Source: Octopus vulgaris
Taxonomy: Eukaryota
Direction: 5' to 3'
Assembly: GCA_951406725.2 (NCBI GenBank)
Contig: OX597830.1
Span: forward strand, 47,740,001 to 47,804,000
DNA length: 64,000 nucleotides
Within the stretch, counting starts at the first letter, position 1. Every line of letters begins with the position of its first letter. Both the position numbers and the translations under genes were made by a program. Below are positions 26,552 through 40,445 of the stretch, piece after piece. Under the pieces are notes generated by a model that saw only the letters and a list, made by a program, of their open reading frames with translations, was not told the origin of the DNA and searched no databases.

Positions 26552-27872
26552 CTGCAAAATTCAAAATTCTGTTTTAGAAGATTCAATAGCAGTACAAGTA
26601 GTAAAAAAACACAAAACAAACTAGTAGCAGCAGCAGCAACAGATTTTCTTACAAATAATAATTTTTTTATGAGCAACCACTTATTAAGGAGAAACACATA
26701 AACTGAACAGAACCTGGGATATGACAGGTATTTATTGTTTGGACTCTGGAGGAGTGAAAAGCAAAGCCAGCCTCGACAGATTGTAGAGAGTTGAACTTAA
26801 ACAGGGATTTTTCTCTGTTTGTGTCCCATGACTGCAGGCATTGGCAATCATGGACCTCTGAAGGATCATGAGTTTTCTTGGGAAAAATATAGCAATGGCT
26901 TTCCAGTGCTTCTGATTTATTTGCAGTTTACTCATCTAGTCTCCTGATACTCTGAACTTACCCTTGAGGTACCTAGGGCCCTATTTAACTCTAAGATAAG
27001 GGACTGATTTAATTGATATCAGGGCATGTTCACACACTTGTGGCAATGTGTGACACATGCCTAGGGGCCAGCCACCTCCAGTTCTGCATGCCTAGGGTCC
27101 ATCCACCTCCAGTTCTGCATGCCTTAGCCAGAAGAACATCTTTTTCTATTTAACCCATAATTGCAACCCTTGATAAATATGATCACCATTGGCCGGACTG
27201 AATCTGGGAGTATGAGACAACCTAGGATGATGAGGTAACTCCATATGCCCTAAAACTCCTGGACTCCTTAGCTACAGCCTTACCATTAGGTGCAGTTTAG
27301 TGCCATGCATAGGACAATAAACTATTTGCAGTGAATAATCTACAACATTGCATAAAATTACAGACGCCAAGTTTCAATTACAAAAAAAAGTTAAAATTCT
27401 AAGCTCAGAGATTTGGGTGTCTCTCCAGGTCAAGTCACTACTTCTCGGCATTGAGAAGTCACAACTCAGGTACAAATAGAATGTCACAAGGAAAAAATTA
27501 TAGATGGATTCTTGAAGACAAACAAATTGGAGGGAGACCTAAGGATAAACTGAGAGTGAGAGGGTGAGGTAATATCTATAGTCTTAGTTGTTCATCCAGC
27601 TGATGACAGTCAGTTCTGATGGGACTCTATGGAGGAGGTGCCTAAGGACCCTACGTCCTCCCCGGATCCTCCAAGGAAAAGTGAGCAGAAATGGAGAGAG
27701 GGATGAAGAATGAAACTCAAAAATTTGCAGAACATATCAAAAAATATTCTGACAAATCTTTAGAGAAATATGATTCACAGACAATTGTAGAAATCAGCAG
27801 AGACCAGGTACCAATTATAAAATGGTAAAAAAAAAGAAGATAACTGTAAAAAATGGAAGAGGTTGTGTCTAC

Positions 27873-27962
27873 CTGAAGATATGGACAATGGTCTGCAAGA
27901 TCAACAGAACCACCAAAGCGTTTCACATCATCTGAAGATACACCCTCCAATTCAGAGAAATG
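27873..27962 (-). CDS. LMLN: LMLN coding exon
   Basis: HFSELEGVSSDDVKRFGGSVDLADHCPYLQ (GGS..LAD.CP motif); phase 0-0. Confidence 0.95.
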
Positions 27963-29329
27963 CTGAAACAAGGAAAAAAAGATGATTATATCTAGAGAGT
28001 CAGGGATTTTTTTTATTAGAACAATGTAACAATTCCTTATGAAAGTTTCTTCTTCTGGTCACTAGCGCTGGACATGATGAGAGATTGTCTCAACTTGCTG
28101 TTTCCAATGGTAATAACACCCAAGCTAACAACTCTTAACAGAACATGCATATTGTCAAGGATTATATTAAAGATTATAGAATGTGTGCAATATAGAGAAG
28201 AAAGATATATATTACAGAAATGTACTTGCATAGCAAGTGACCTGATCAGAGATTGTGTGCTGGAATGAAAACAATTGCAGCGTGGAAGGTGTTTATAAGC
28301 CATTTAAAAACACACAAAAACTGTTAGATTCCCTCCAACATTTAAATTTAATTTCCCAAAATATTTTCGTTGTGACCTGTTCACTGACAAAATTCCATGC
28401 TGGTCAGTGAATAGGTCGCGGTCTCAAAGCGACGAAAATATAAATTTAAATGTTGGAGGGAATCTAACGGTTTTTGTGTGTTTTTAAATGGCTTATAAAC
28501 ACCTTCCATGCTGCAAAGATATATATATATTATAGAGAAATTTTATAAAGAGATAAGTGTATATTCTAACATAGAGAATGTCTTGTGGAGAATAAGGATG
28601 AGATAAGGAAGTGCATGTGATAGAAAACGAGAAGAATAGAGAGAATGTGTACTTTGCAATAACATATTATTATCATCATTTTAACATCCATTGCTTTATG
28701 ATTGCATGTGTCACACAGAATTCACTGAGGCAGATTTTCCATGGCTGCATGTCTACCCTGTCACCAACCCTTATCTGTTCCCAAGCAAAGTAATATTTCC
28801 ACCACCCCCTGGCTAGACATGTTTACACAGAAAATTGAAAATGAACAACACCACTTATGTGACAGTGGTGCTCATTTACAATAATCATACAATGTCAAGA
28901 CATGCACACACACACACACATACACATAATGGGCTTCTTTTAGTTTCCATCTACCATATCCTTACACGGCGATTTAGCTGGTCTAAGGCTATAGAAGAAG
29001 TCACTTTGAGATTTTGATGATGTGATTGTTTATTTTCGAATGACATTGTAGTGCAAGTGGGAGAAGCCAGATCTGCCTATGTTAAAGGGTCAGTAGAGAA
29101 AATGTGCATCAAAGACAACATGTACACCACAGAAAATGCTTGTATTATTGAGAATATAAATACAATAACACAAACATGTGTTATATCATAACACATGTGC
29201 ATATTAGCAAGAATATACAAGACATAAAGAATGCGAATTTTAAGGTAGAGAATGATTAAATAACAGAGAATATGTAAATTATAATGGAGAATGTGTATCC
29301 AAGTAAAAATACATGTTATTTCATTTATT

Positions 29330-29718
29330 ACTCGCAGTATCGCCCAGCGTTGCTCAGGTTTGTTTCGACCCTTTAGAATTAAAATTTTTGAAAAGTAAAA
29401 ATTTTGCATTATTAGCTTGTTATTGTCTTTAAGTGAACATTTTTCTGGTTGAAATACACTGAAAAATGGCGACATAGCAGTAAAAAAATCGTAAAAAATA
29501 GGGTTTTTCATAGAAAAAAGCACCTTTTTGATGTAAATAATTTTTGGTGTTAACATGGTCGGATTTGAATTTTTTCTTCTACGGAAGGAAGAGCAAGCCT
29601 TCTTCTATCATACTCTCAATTTTTGGTCAACTTGCGCCGCAGGGTCTTGGAGGAGATAGTGTTAATTGAAGGCTACCAAACCTGCCATACAGACAACTTC
29701 AGCTTTATATATAGAGAG
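29330..29718 (-). mobile_element. Non-autonomous Helitron-like element
   Basis: Minus strand starts TCtctatatataaagctgaag and ends cctgagcaacgctggg-cgatactgcgag; same termini as 42746-43143. Confidence 0.65.
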
Positions 29719-29961
29719 ATTTTTACAGACTGTATTTTCTGACATACAAGTTGAATTTTCCAGATCAAAATTTACAAGACAATGTTTTATGATAAAAAAT
29801 TCCATATGAGATGCAGTAAGATTTGGAAGGTCAGTGATGATATTTAAGTGTTTACACTCCATGTTTATGCTATACACCCTGTTGACTTGTGCACAGGACA
29901 AAGACAGTAAGTATAGACAACGTTATGTTGAGTGTGAGATTAAACGAATAGAATTACTGAC

Positions 29962-30094
29962 CTGATATTTCTCTGGCAAAGGTGACTTATGCTGAACCAA
30001 ATTGCAGACCGCAACAGAGTGCCGGTTGTTTGTACAATCAGTGTGTAACTGTCCCCATTTCACCTGGTTACAAAAGGGATGGATGCTCTCCTTT
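29962..30094 (-). CDS. LMLN: LMLN coding exon
   Basis: (R)KESIHPFCNQVKWGQLHTDCTNNRHSVAVCNLVQHKSPLPEKYQ; phase 2-0. Confidence 0.94.
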
Positions 30095-30689
30095 CTATGT
30101 AAGAAAACAAACAATTAAGACAATATTTATTTATTCCAGCAAATTAATTGATTAATGATGATAATCATGATGGTGACGAAGATGATTATGATAATTATGA
30201 TGACAAAAGAAGAGGAGGAGGAAGAAGAAGGGTAGGAAGAGGAGGAAGAGGAGAGCAAACCACTGTTCCAAGGCACTCATCCTTGTTCAAGACAACAACA
30301 TGGTGTGACTGCTAGGAGACTTGGCTGTTATTTCTAGCTGGCTGGCTAACCTCACAGAGGCTTCCTTATTGGCTTGTTGGTACAAAACAGAAACTCAGCA
30401 ATTCAACCCAATCCAGATTTCTCTCTCCGAACTCCCATACAAACTTACACTTATAGATGGCACTTATTCTCTTGACTCCAGAAGAACGACAAATGAAGCT
30501 GGCACCAGGGACAAAACTAGATATTGCTATACGGATGTAGCTCTGTGCTGAAGAAGCTTGCTTCCTAATCATGCGGTCTTCGGTTCAATCTCACTGCAAA
30601 GCACTTTTGGCAAGTGCTTAGGGGTCAACAAAAGCATTGTGAGTGGATGTTGTAGACAGAAACTGAAAGACACCCACACACACACACAC

Positions 30690-30721
<32 letters not shown>

Positions 30722-31849
30722 CATAGATGTATGACTGCTGCTGTTAGGTATAGAGCTCCACATTGACTATCCTCGTCCAGGGAAGACAAAAGAAGACAGC
30801 TTTACATTTCTGCTATAGTTTTCTTTCCGATTCCTTCTCAGAATACTTATAAAATGGTTCACCTTCCCCCAGCTTCAGGCATCAGTTCTCTGTAACTTAA
30901 TCAAATAAAGTGTTCCCTGATGATTTGTTCCGGTTAAGCATCCATTTGCACTTGGAACATCCAAAGTGGAAATTGCAAGCAACCACAATGAGGGAATATA
31001 TGCAAGAACAAATAATACATCGTTACCAGCGTCGCCTTACTGGCACTCAAGCCCCGTGCTAGTAGGGTGTTAAGAGCACCATCTGAGCGTGATCGTTGTC
31101 AGAGCGGCTATCTGGCCTCAATGCCGGTAGCATGTAAAAGACACTATTCGAGCGTGATCATTACCAGCATCACCTTACTGGCACCTGTGCTGGTGGCACA
31201 TAAAAAGCAACCACTACACTCTCGGAGTGGTTGGCATTAGGAAGGGAATCCAGCTGTAGAAACTCTGCCAGATCAAGATTGAAGCCTGGTGCAGCCATCT
31301 GGTTCACCAGCCCTCAGTCATTCGTCCAACCCATGCTAGCATGGAAAGCGGACGTTAAACGATGATGATGATGATGATATGCATGTGCACACATGTACAC
31401 ACACATGTGTGTGTGTGTACATGTGCATGCGTGAGTGTGTGTGTTTGGTGCATACCCTTGTCTTCACATCATGTGGTGGTTGTAAATGGGCATGTTGTTT
31501 TTTTCCAGTCTTCTGTGAAAAACATGTCTGGGCCATGGGGAGCAGGGGTGGAGGAATGATACCTTATTTGGAACCAAGTGAGGGTTGGCAACATGTAGGG
31601 CATTCAGCCATACAAAACTTGCTTCAACCAAATTCTGCGAGAAAACACTTAAGGCTAGAGAAGTGAATGTTAAATGGTGATGAGGATTTCGCCCTGTGTG
31701 AAGCCATTTCTGTCACTGGTAGGATTTGAACTGAGAACAGAGAGGGACATTGAAACACGTTAAATCCTATTTGCTCCCATCCACTCTCCATACAGATGGC
31801 AAAAATCATACAAACAACAATAAAGATAATAATAATAATGAATAAGAAT

Positions 31850-32092
31850 AAGAATAAGGAGAAGAAGAAGAAGAAGAAAAAGAAGAAGTAGAAGAAGAAG
31901 AGGAGGAGGAGGAGTAGAAGAAGAAGAAGAAGAAGAAGAAGACAGAGAAGAAGACAGAGAAGAAGTAGAAGAGAAAGAAGAAGAAGAGGAAGAAGAGGAT
32001 GAGGAGGAGAAGAAGGAGAAGGAGAAGAAGAAGAAGAAGAAGAAGAAGAAGAAGAAGAAGAACAACAACAACAACAACAACAACAACAAGAA
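31850..32092. repeat. (GAA)n/(CAA)n microsatellite
   Basis: Read directly. Confidence 0.95.
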
Positions 32093-35000
32093 GTGCCATC
32101 TGAGAGGGCAAACGATTGAAATGGGAAATTAAAAGAATCTGAAAAAGACAGAATGTGGAGAAGCGAAAACAACAATGAGACGATTAGGAGAAAAGGGTAA
32201 TTCTTTTCTCTCTTGAAAAGATCAAATTTTGTTACTTCAGCTTTGACCTTTAGCTGAAGCTTCAGGTCTTGATTGAAGCTTTCATGGCCTTTAACGAGAA
32301 GAATGGCTAAGAAGCAGGTCTAAGAAGATCTTCTATTGAGATACATGTCAGGTTTTCTGTGAGGATCTTAGCATCAATTGCATTGATTGCAACCACAAAA
32401 AACGCATACACTTATAACCATAAACGTACACACACACACACATATATATACAGTACATAATATACACATACAATGCATACATACACACATACATAAGCAC
32501 TTACATACATACACGCATACGCGTCCGTATGCATGAATGCATATACCTATATCGTTACTTTCCTTATATGTAATGATATTGTTGTTGTTATTGTTTAACA
32601 CAACATCAGCCCTCATCAAAAGCATTCAAGTTATGACAATAATATATCCTGACAACCCTATACAATGTGTTGTTGTTGTTTTAAGATGGTAGAGTGTAGC
32701 TTGAAGACCATCTGACTATTATTTCTAGCAAAGTTAGCAACCACGAAGAAGTTCCCTATTTTGTCTGGGTGCATCCATTACACTCTGCACTTTCTTCTTG
32801 CCCTTCCATTTGCCTCACATTCATACCCACTCCCACCTCCTTACACACACACACACACAAACACCTCACACTTCCAGTAACCTATGTCATTATCCTTCCC
32901 TCAACACAGACCCCCCCCCAAAAAAAAAAACCCTACAAACACCACTCTCCTCACATGCCTGTTCCCAGACACAAACACACCCCTACACCTACATTATCCC
33001 CCCTTTTTTTCAACTTTCTTCATAGAACTACATTCTCACCTGGTTCCTGATGCCTTGTCCATTTTGCTTTTTCCATTTTCCTTCATTGAGTATTGCCTTT
33101 TCTCATTCCCTCAATGTTTTTCTTTCTTCTGATGAAGGACTAATGTCCAAAATGTTAAGACTCTTTCTCTTCCCATTAAAGCATTCAGCTAAAACTGGAT
33201 TTATTAAACCATGTCAATTATGTGTTGACTTTTATACTGTTCATTAGATCTACCTGATATATACATATATGAATTATATATTTATATAAATAAGGATAAG
33301 ATCGTTAATTTAAAATAAAATAACGATTTTATCAAGTGGCCAGCATGGAAAAAATAACCTTCAAAGGAATAATTATTAAAATCATAAATTAGGGTATCTA
33401 CGAGATACCACCATGCTGAAAATAGCAGCCATGATCTGATTCTAAAACCACCAGTGTTTGCGATATGGACAATTAAGGTGGTTTTAGAGTCAGATCATGG
33501 CTGCTATTTTCAGCATGGTGGTATCTCGTAGATACCCTAATTTATAATTATATGAATTATATATATAAATTCTTTTATTTTTTTACTTGTTTCAGTCATT
33601 TGACTGGAGCCATGCTGGAGCATCGCCATAAAGAGTATTTTAGTGAAAGAAATTGACCCCAGGACTTATTCTTTGTAAGGGTAGTACTTACTCTATCAGT
33701 TTCTTTTGCTGAACTGCTATGTAACAGGGACATAAACACACTAACATCAGTTGTCAAATGATTGTAGGGGGACAAACACATACACAAAGATACATCATCA
33801 TCATCATCGTCGTCGTTTAACGTCCATTTTCCATGCTAGCATGGGTTGGATGGTTCAACCGGAGTCTGGGAAGCCAGGAGGCAGCACCAGGCTCCAGTCT
33901 GATCTGGCAGTGTTTCTACAGCTGGATGCCCTTCCTCACGTCAACCACTCAGTGAGTGTAGTGGATGCTTTTTATGTGTCACTGGCACAAGGGCCAGATG
34001 AGGCTGGCAAACGGCCAGGCTTCTTTCAGTTTCCATCTATCAGATCCACTCACAAAGCTTTGGTCAACCCAAAGCTATAGTAGAAGACACTTGCCCAAGA
34101 TGTCAGTCTGAGGGACTGAACCTGGAGACATGTGACTGGAAAGCAAGCTTCTTATCACACAGCCATGCCTATACACACACACACGCGCATGTGAGCACAC
34201 ACATCTACCGTTTTTTTTCTGTTTTAAGATGGTGTGCTATGATTTAAAATGAGTTGGGGTTACTTTATTCACCAGGCTGAGCAACATAGTGAGGGCTCCC
34301 TTCTTGGCTAATTGCATTATGCTTTAATGAGGTCATCTTCAGAGGAAACTCTGCAAATGGTCAAGTCAATAAGGTACAGAATCATGCATGGAAAGAGACG
34401 GCATATAATATTCTTTGTCTTGCATTGTGCTGGATCCCAGTGCTAATAAACCAATTTCTCAACTGCCCAAAGCTATCAACTCTGGTGTCACAGGATTCAA
34501 TTTTGTCCTTCTTCCCGTATATCAGTGTCTTATATTTTGCCATCATCACCAGCCAATGCTCACTTCTACACAATGATTCCCCTTTTCAATCTTTCCCCAA
34601 TATTTTGGATCTAAGCATCATCTACATACAACCTCTATGCTTCATGGTAAATCTGATTCCATGAAAAAAAAGACCTTAAAAAATATCCTCCAATGAAGTC
34701 ATGCTAACCATGTCTTTGTAAACAGAGCAGAGGCCCAATGCCTGTACATATCAAGAAAACATCATCACACCCATGTCACCACAGGAACCCTCAACATTGT
34801 AACAAATGCTAAGCCTCCACCATTACCAACAACATCTGGTGAATACAAATCTTCAAAAGCACTGAAACTGCATCAGAGAAAGTTCCACGCTAAATACTTC
34901 ATCCTCACAAACAACCAGAAATTCTTGACAAACTTCAAGTGGGACCTGCATTGAAGTATTATTCAGGCATTTGGAAAGGTGTTGCAATTCCGCACACACA

Positions 35001-35521
35001 CACAAACACACAAACCTACACACATTCTTGACCACATCCCAAGAAAGGCCACTCGACTGATTGGTACGAAGCCACTCATAAACACAGACCAGTCTCAGCC
35101 CCACAGACATGTTGTTTCCTTTCATCTGTGGCTCTTTTTCCATGAAGAGGTGGTTGACTCATTCATTTTTCATCACCCCATATTAAGTTCTCCCATTGGA
35201 CTCCATATTAGTTTCTATGTCCAGAATGGTGGCTCTCTAGAATTCTCTCTCTTCACATGTCTTCCCTGTAATTATCACCTTACAAATGTCCAAGAACACT
35301 AACTGCATTCATCACACCAGTCTCAGACAACTTACACAGCCCTTTTTCCAGCACCCCTCACCATGGGTCTTTTAATAAAGTACCTCTTTTTGTGCTTCAA
35401 TTCTTTGCTATTTCTGTCTGTGGCATTCAATACTTTTAGTTTTAATCTAACTGGTAGCTCTAGTTTATTATTTTCTTAGAAATATAGTCATGAAAAGATT
35501 AAAGAATTCAAAATTGGTTAC

Positions 35522-35632
35522 CTTTCTGATTTATTCTTTATCCATTCATAGCAATTAGTTTTGACAAAGTCACATCCCAAGTCTTTGCCCCATTCATATT
35601 CTTTGGCATTATCATAATTCACTCGGTACCAA
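35522..35632 (-). CDS. LMLN: LMLN coding exon
   Basis: (G)WYRVNYDNAKEYEWGKDLGCDFVKTNCYEWIKNKSE; phase 2-2. Confidence 0.95.
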
Positions 35633-36087
35633 CTGTGAAACGACCAAAAACAACAACCAAGCTTTAATAAAAACAGGCGGAGAACTAACAACTGGAATAA
35701 CAAATACATAACAACGAAAATAAATGCTAATTACAATATTATAAGGAAGGATTTGCAATTGTATAAACCCTTGTGTATTACTGGTAGTTATTTTATTACT
35801 GCACTTCTTTGCCAGAAAAGGAAAAGTCAAATTGGTTAAAGTGTGATAATAACTGATGGAATTATATATTTAAAAGTATTTAATTACATCTGCAATTATT
35901 GAGCAGAGACCAATGATAAAAAAGCATTCCAGTCATGACCATCCTGTTTTTTATTTAAACAGTTTTTCTAAAACTACATTATGCAATGTGTTCTATATGT
36001 TTTAAAGAGAGTATGGTATGTTTTGAGGAAAATTTGGCTACTATTTCTAGCAGCTTAAGTTTTAACACATATGGTTAATTACTTTAA

Positions 36088-36307
36088 CCCTTTCATTACT
36101 GTATTTATTTTGAGATGTTCTGTATTTCTTTCAATTAATTTTAAACAACAAAGAATTTAGTAAAATAACTTAGTTATCATTAAGCTAGAGTTAGGAACAT
36201 AAATTGTGACTAAGGTTTGGTGGAAGATTTTCATTCTAAAATTACAAAAACAAGACATTTGTACTTCAGAGCCAGGGACGGCTTCAGCCGGGTTGGTAAC
36301 GAAAGGG
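36088..36307. mobile_element. piggyBac-type MITE
   Basis: TTAA|ccctttcattac ... gtaacgaaaggg|TTAA: 12-bp TIR with 1 mismatch and TTAA target duplication. Confidence 0.85.
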
Positions 36308-36732
36308 TTAAAAATCTATGTCATCTCGACAATCTGAAACTAATACTGGTTTCAAATTTTGGCACAAGGCCAGCAAGTTCAGGGGAGGTGGGGCAAGTCG
36401 ATTACATCAACCCCCAGTATCTAACTGGTACTTATTTTATCGACCTCAAAAGGATGAAAGGCAAAGATGGCTTCAGTAGAATTTGAACTCAGAACAATTA
36501 AAGTTGGAAAAAAAGCTTCAAAGCATTTTGCCCTGCAGCCTAATGAGTTTGCCAGCTCATAACCTTAATTAATATAAATAATGATAATGCTTATCAAATC
36601 AAAACAAAGCCAATAAGTGATCCTCTATGAGGTTACATGAGCTGCTAAACATAACAGCCAAATCCTCTCATGATAATATGGTCACAGCTTGAATGCTTCT
36701 GATCATATTTGCTTTGGTGATATTGAATAGAG

Positions 36733-36862
36733 AACAACAACAACAACAATAACAACAACAACAACAACAACAACAACAAACACCACCACCACCACCACCA
36801 CCACCACCACCACCACCACCACCACCACCACCACCACCACCACCACCACCACCACCACCACC

Positions 36863-36917
<55 letters not shown>

Positions 36918-36924
36918 ACAACAA
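36733..36924. repeat. (CAA)n-(CAC)n-(CAA)n microsatellite immediately after an LMLN splice donor
   Basis: Read directly. Confidence 0.95.
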
Positions 36925-36929
36925 CCTAC

Positions 36930-37006
36930 CCAGTGTCTTCCATTAATGCCAAAGTGATTCGAGAGATGACAGGGTTCTGGGTGTAGGTGCCAGTCATAGC
37001 TTCATT
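36930..37006 (-). CDS. LMLN: LMLN coding exon (Met-turn)
   Basis: [25 protein letters not shown](G), near-identical to the M8 family motif; ttccag/gtagg; phase 0-2. Confidence 0.97.
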
Positions 37007-37705
37007 CTGGAAATAAAGTGAAAAACATATTAAGAAAATTAAGAAATAAAAAAAAATTTTGTTATTACAATAATTAATCTTTTATGAAGTCTTTGAATAA
37101 CGAGAGTAGTTATTCAAATCCATGACAAGGAATACAAAAGGACTGCAAAACACTAATTCTTGAAATCGGTTTTGGGAGACCATTCCTTTGTAGGAGATAA
37201 TAATCCTTTCTATTAAAGACAGAATGCCTGAAATTTGGGGAGAGGGTGGGGGCAGGTGATTCCATTGACCCTAGTGCTCAATTGGGAGCATTTGTTTGCT
37301 AGATTCTAGAACAATCTGAATAACAAAAGCCAACAAATACCTATTTCTTTACTACTCACAAGGGGCTAAACACAGAAGGGACAATCAAGGACAGACAAAT
37401 GGATTAAGTCGATTATATCGACCCCAGTGTGTAACGGGTACATTTGTTTGCTAGATTCTAAATCAGTCTGAATAACAAAAGGCAACAAATACCTATTTCT
37501 TTACTACCCACAAGGGGCTACACATAGAGGGGACAAACAAGGACAGACAAACGGATTAAGTCAATTATATCGACTCCAGTGAGTAACTGGTACTTATTTA
37601 ATCGACACTGAAAGGATGAAAGGCAAAGTCAACCTTGGCGGAATTTGAACTCAGAACGTAGTGGCAGATGAAAAAGCCAACAAATACCAGTAATATGTAA
37701 CATAC

Positions 37706-37843
37706 CTCAAATACTCGTTTCTCCCAATGAGTAAAAGCTGTCCCATCAATGAGACCATCAGCCAAAGTTTTGCCATTCATTAGTTGGTCCTCAAGTTCAG
37801 CACCTTCTAATGTTGAACAATTGAAATGACGACGAACCTCTTC
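37706..37843 (-). CDS. LMLN: LMLN coding exon (third zinc-ligand His)
   Basis: EEVRRHFNCSTLEGAELEDQLMNGKTLADGLIDGTAFTHWEKRVFE; tttgcag/gtatg; phase 0-0. Confidence 0.97.
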
Positions 37844-40327
37844 CTGCAAAGATAAAGATTGGAATAAAGAAAATGGCTGACGAATCTGAGTCTTGATCTT
37901 TTGTGGGTAAAAATACGACGTCGCAGTCAAAAAGGAATCGGTTTTTAAAGTTAGTTCTTTAGTTTTTACTGTGCGGCTCTGCAGTAAGGAGTTTACTTCC
38001 CAATCACAGGGTTCTGGGTTCGGTCTCACTGGATGACACCCTAGGCAAGTGTGTTTGACTATAGCCTCAGGCTGACCAAAGCCTTGCAAGCGGATTGAGT
38101 AGATGGAAACTGAAAGAAACCTGTTGTGTGTGTGTGTGTGTGTCCCACCACTACTTGACAACAAGTGTTGGTTTGTTTACATCCACATAACTTAGTGGTT
38201 TGGCAAAAAGAATCGATAAAATAAGTACCAGAATTTAAATAAATAAAAAGTACAAATAAACTAACATTAGGGGTAAAATGGGAGAGGAAAATTCTTAATT
38301 AAAAACAATATTCATAATTTTAGAATCTCAACAAAATTCACACATATTCATAAAATTCGTAGACATTTTCGGTTGTTCCATCAGGAAGTGGAGTTTAGCT
38401 TCTGAACCGTTTTCCTATCTTTTAGGATCTCTGAGACTAAAATGATGAAGATACCTGCAAAAGGGAATCTAGCCAAATGTTTGCAATAAAATTCCTTGAA
38501 AAGTATCTAAGGATATGTAGGAGATATTTTGGCCATTTTATTCCTGCCTATTTGGCATCGTTAATTTGATTTATTTGATATTAGTGTTTCCCATATTCTC
38601 TCCCCATCCCCTTTTCTGGTTTTGTTTGTATTGCCCTTTATGTATCTGAAGAAAGGGAAAAGTGTATATATACCGATTATGTTCAATTAATAAATTATTA
38701 CGTCCCTCTTTCTCCCTGTTTTCTCTCTCCCTCTCTGTCTTTCCCTCTTTCTCTCTGTCTGTATATTTCTATGTATGTGTGTGTCTGCTTCCAGTGCTAA
38801 AAAGTACTATTATCAAAACAGCTTCCACATGCAGTCAGCCATTCCAAATTGCCAGCGTCCAAACAACTGCACCCCATAGTCTCTTATCACCCCCGCCCCA
38901 ATCATTTCATTCCAAGGACCTGATAGTGATATTAAACTAGGAACCACTATTCAAGAGCTCAGAACACAAAGGAACAAAATAAATACCGCAAAACATTTCA
39001 TCTGAAGCTTTACCAATTCCATCAATTCACGACTTTTGATTGGAACTTTATTGACCATAAAAGGAAGAAAGATAAAGTTAATCTGGGCAGGATTTGAACT
39101 CAGGGTGTAGAAAAACAAATACTGCAAAGCATTTTATCTCACACTCAAACCATTCTGTTAATTTGCCCCACAAACAAAAAAACCACAAGATTCACAAATC
39201 ACTTCACACATACCAACACCCATCTATAAAGTTCGCAGAAACAAAATTTACATTATTTACATTCGATGGATATTTGTCCTCATCTTGTGTACTGGATCCT
39301 CTCATGGACAAGGGCATGTCCTACGCTTTTTGCTAGTCTTCTAGCTTTATATGAATCCACTGGTGTCATTATATTCAAGCCAGGTGGTATTAGCTTTGAG
39401 TTTCTACATCTACACCCCTCATTCACTGGACAATGAATTTTGCTCGCAAAGACCTATTGAGGCAAGTAAAATAAAAATCAAAATTGCTGATGTGGCCAAT
39501 GACAGTACCGCTTGATTGGCACTTGTGCCAGTGGAATGTTAGAAGCACATCCAAGTGTGATCGTTGCCAGGGCCGCTGATTGGCTCCTGTGCTGGTGGCA
39601 CGTAAAAAGCACCATTCAAGAATGATCATTGCCAGTGTCGCCTAACCAGCACATGTGCCGGTGACATGTGTAAAACAACATTCAAATATGTGCCAGTGCC
39701 GCCAGACTGGATCCCATGCAGGTAACATGTAAAAATTACCTTTTGAGCATGGTCGTTGCCAGAACTACCCACTACACTCTTGGAGTGGTTGGCATTAGGA
39801 AGGGCATCCAGCTGTAGAAACTTTGCCATATCAGATTGGAGCCTGGTGTAGCCTTCTGGCTTGCCAGTCCTCAGTCAAACTGCCCAACCCATGCCAGCAT
39901 GGAAAGTGAATGTTAAACGATGATGATGATGATGATGACACAGGAAAGTTAGATGGTTTGAAAGACGAGCAAGTTTTTGATGGAGTTTCTCAATATGTCC
40001 CCACTGAAGTCTAGTGTTGGCTCCATACCAATTAGAGGAATTATGCACATTATCTTCATAATTCCTCATCTCTTAAATATGAAACTGTAGAAACAAAATT
40101 AACAACCGAATATGCCACAACAAATTCACAACAGCCATAATGAAAAGATGGAGTAAAACTAATTTACAACACCAACAACAATAACAAAAAATACTTTCGT
40201 ATCAAAAACAACCTCAAAAATGTAAAAAGTGAAATAAAATAAAAAATAAAAAAAAAAGCTGTTGTAAATACGGAAGAATAAATAAGAAGAACTGGTTTTG
40301 AATATTTGGATAAAAATTTGAGCTTAC

Positions 40328-40445
40328 GACAACTTTTGGTGTGACTATCATCCAAACTGACCGGTTTTCTTGGCCTGACTGTAGCAACCAGTTGGGACGT
40401 TCGATCCGACGGACAACCTTTTCACTTGGCTGATATAAATCAAGG
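40328..40445 (-). CDS. LMLN: LMLN coding exon (frame not shown in the ORF track)
   Basis: (T)LDLYQPSEKVVRRIERPNWLLQSGQENRSVWMIVTPKVV; ttacag/gtaag; phase 2-0. Confidence 0.93.

Noticed and set aside
26482-26697. Track ORF NFEFCRNYYGKVV... as the LMLN exon frame
   Set aside because: The real exon uses another frame (ELLWKSGD...), which fits the splice phases and family sequence
39500-39780. Regularly spaced repeats resembling a CRISPR array (also ~31020-31220, 57520-57720)
   Set aside because: Degenerate tandem subrepeats within a dispersed eukaryotic SINE-like family; no unique spacers and no cas genes
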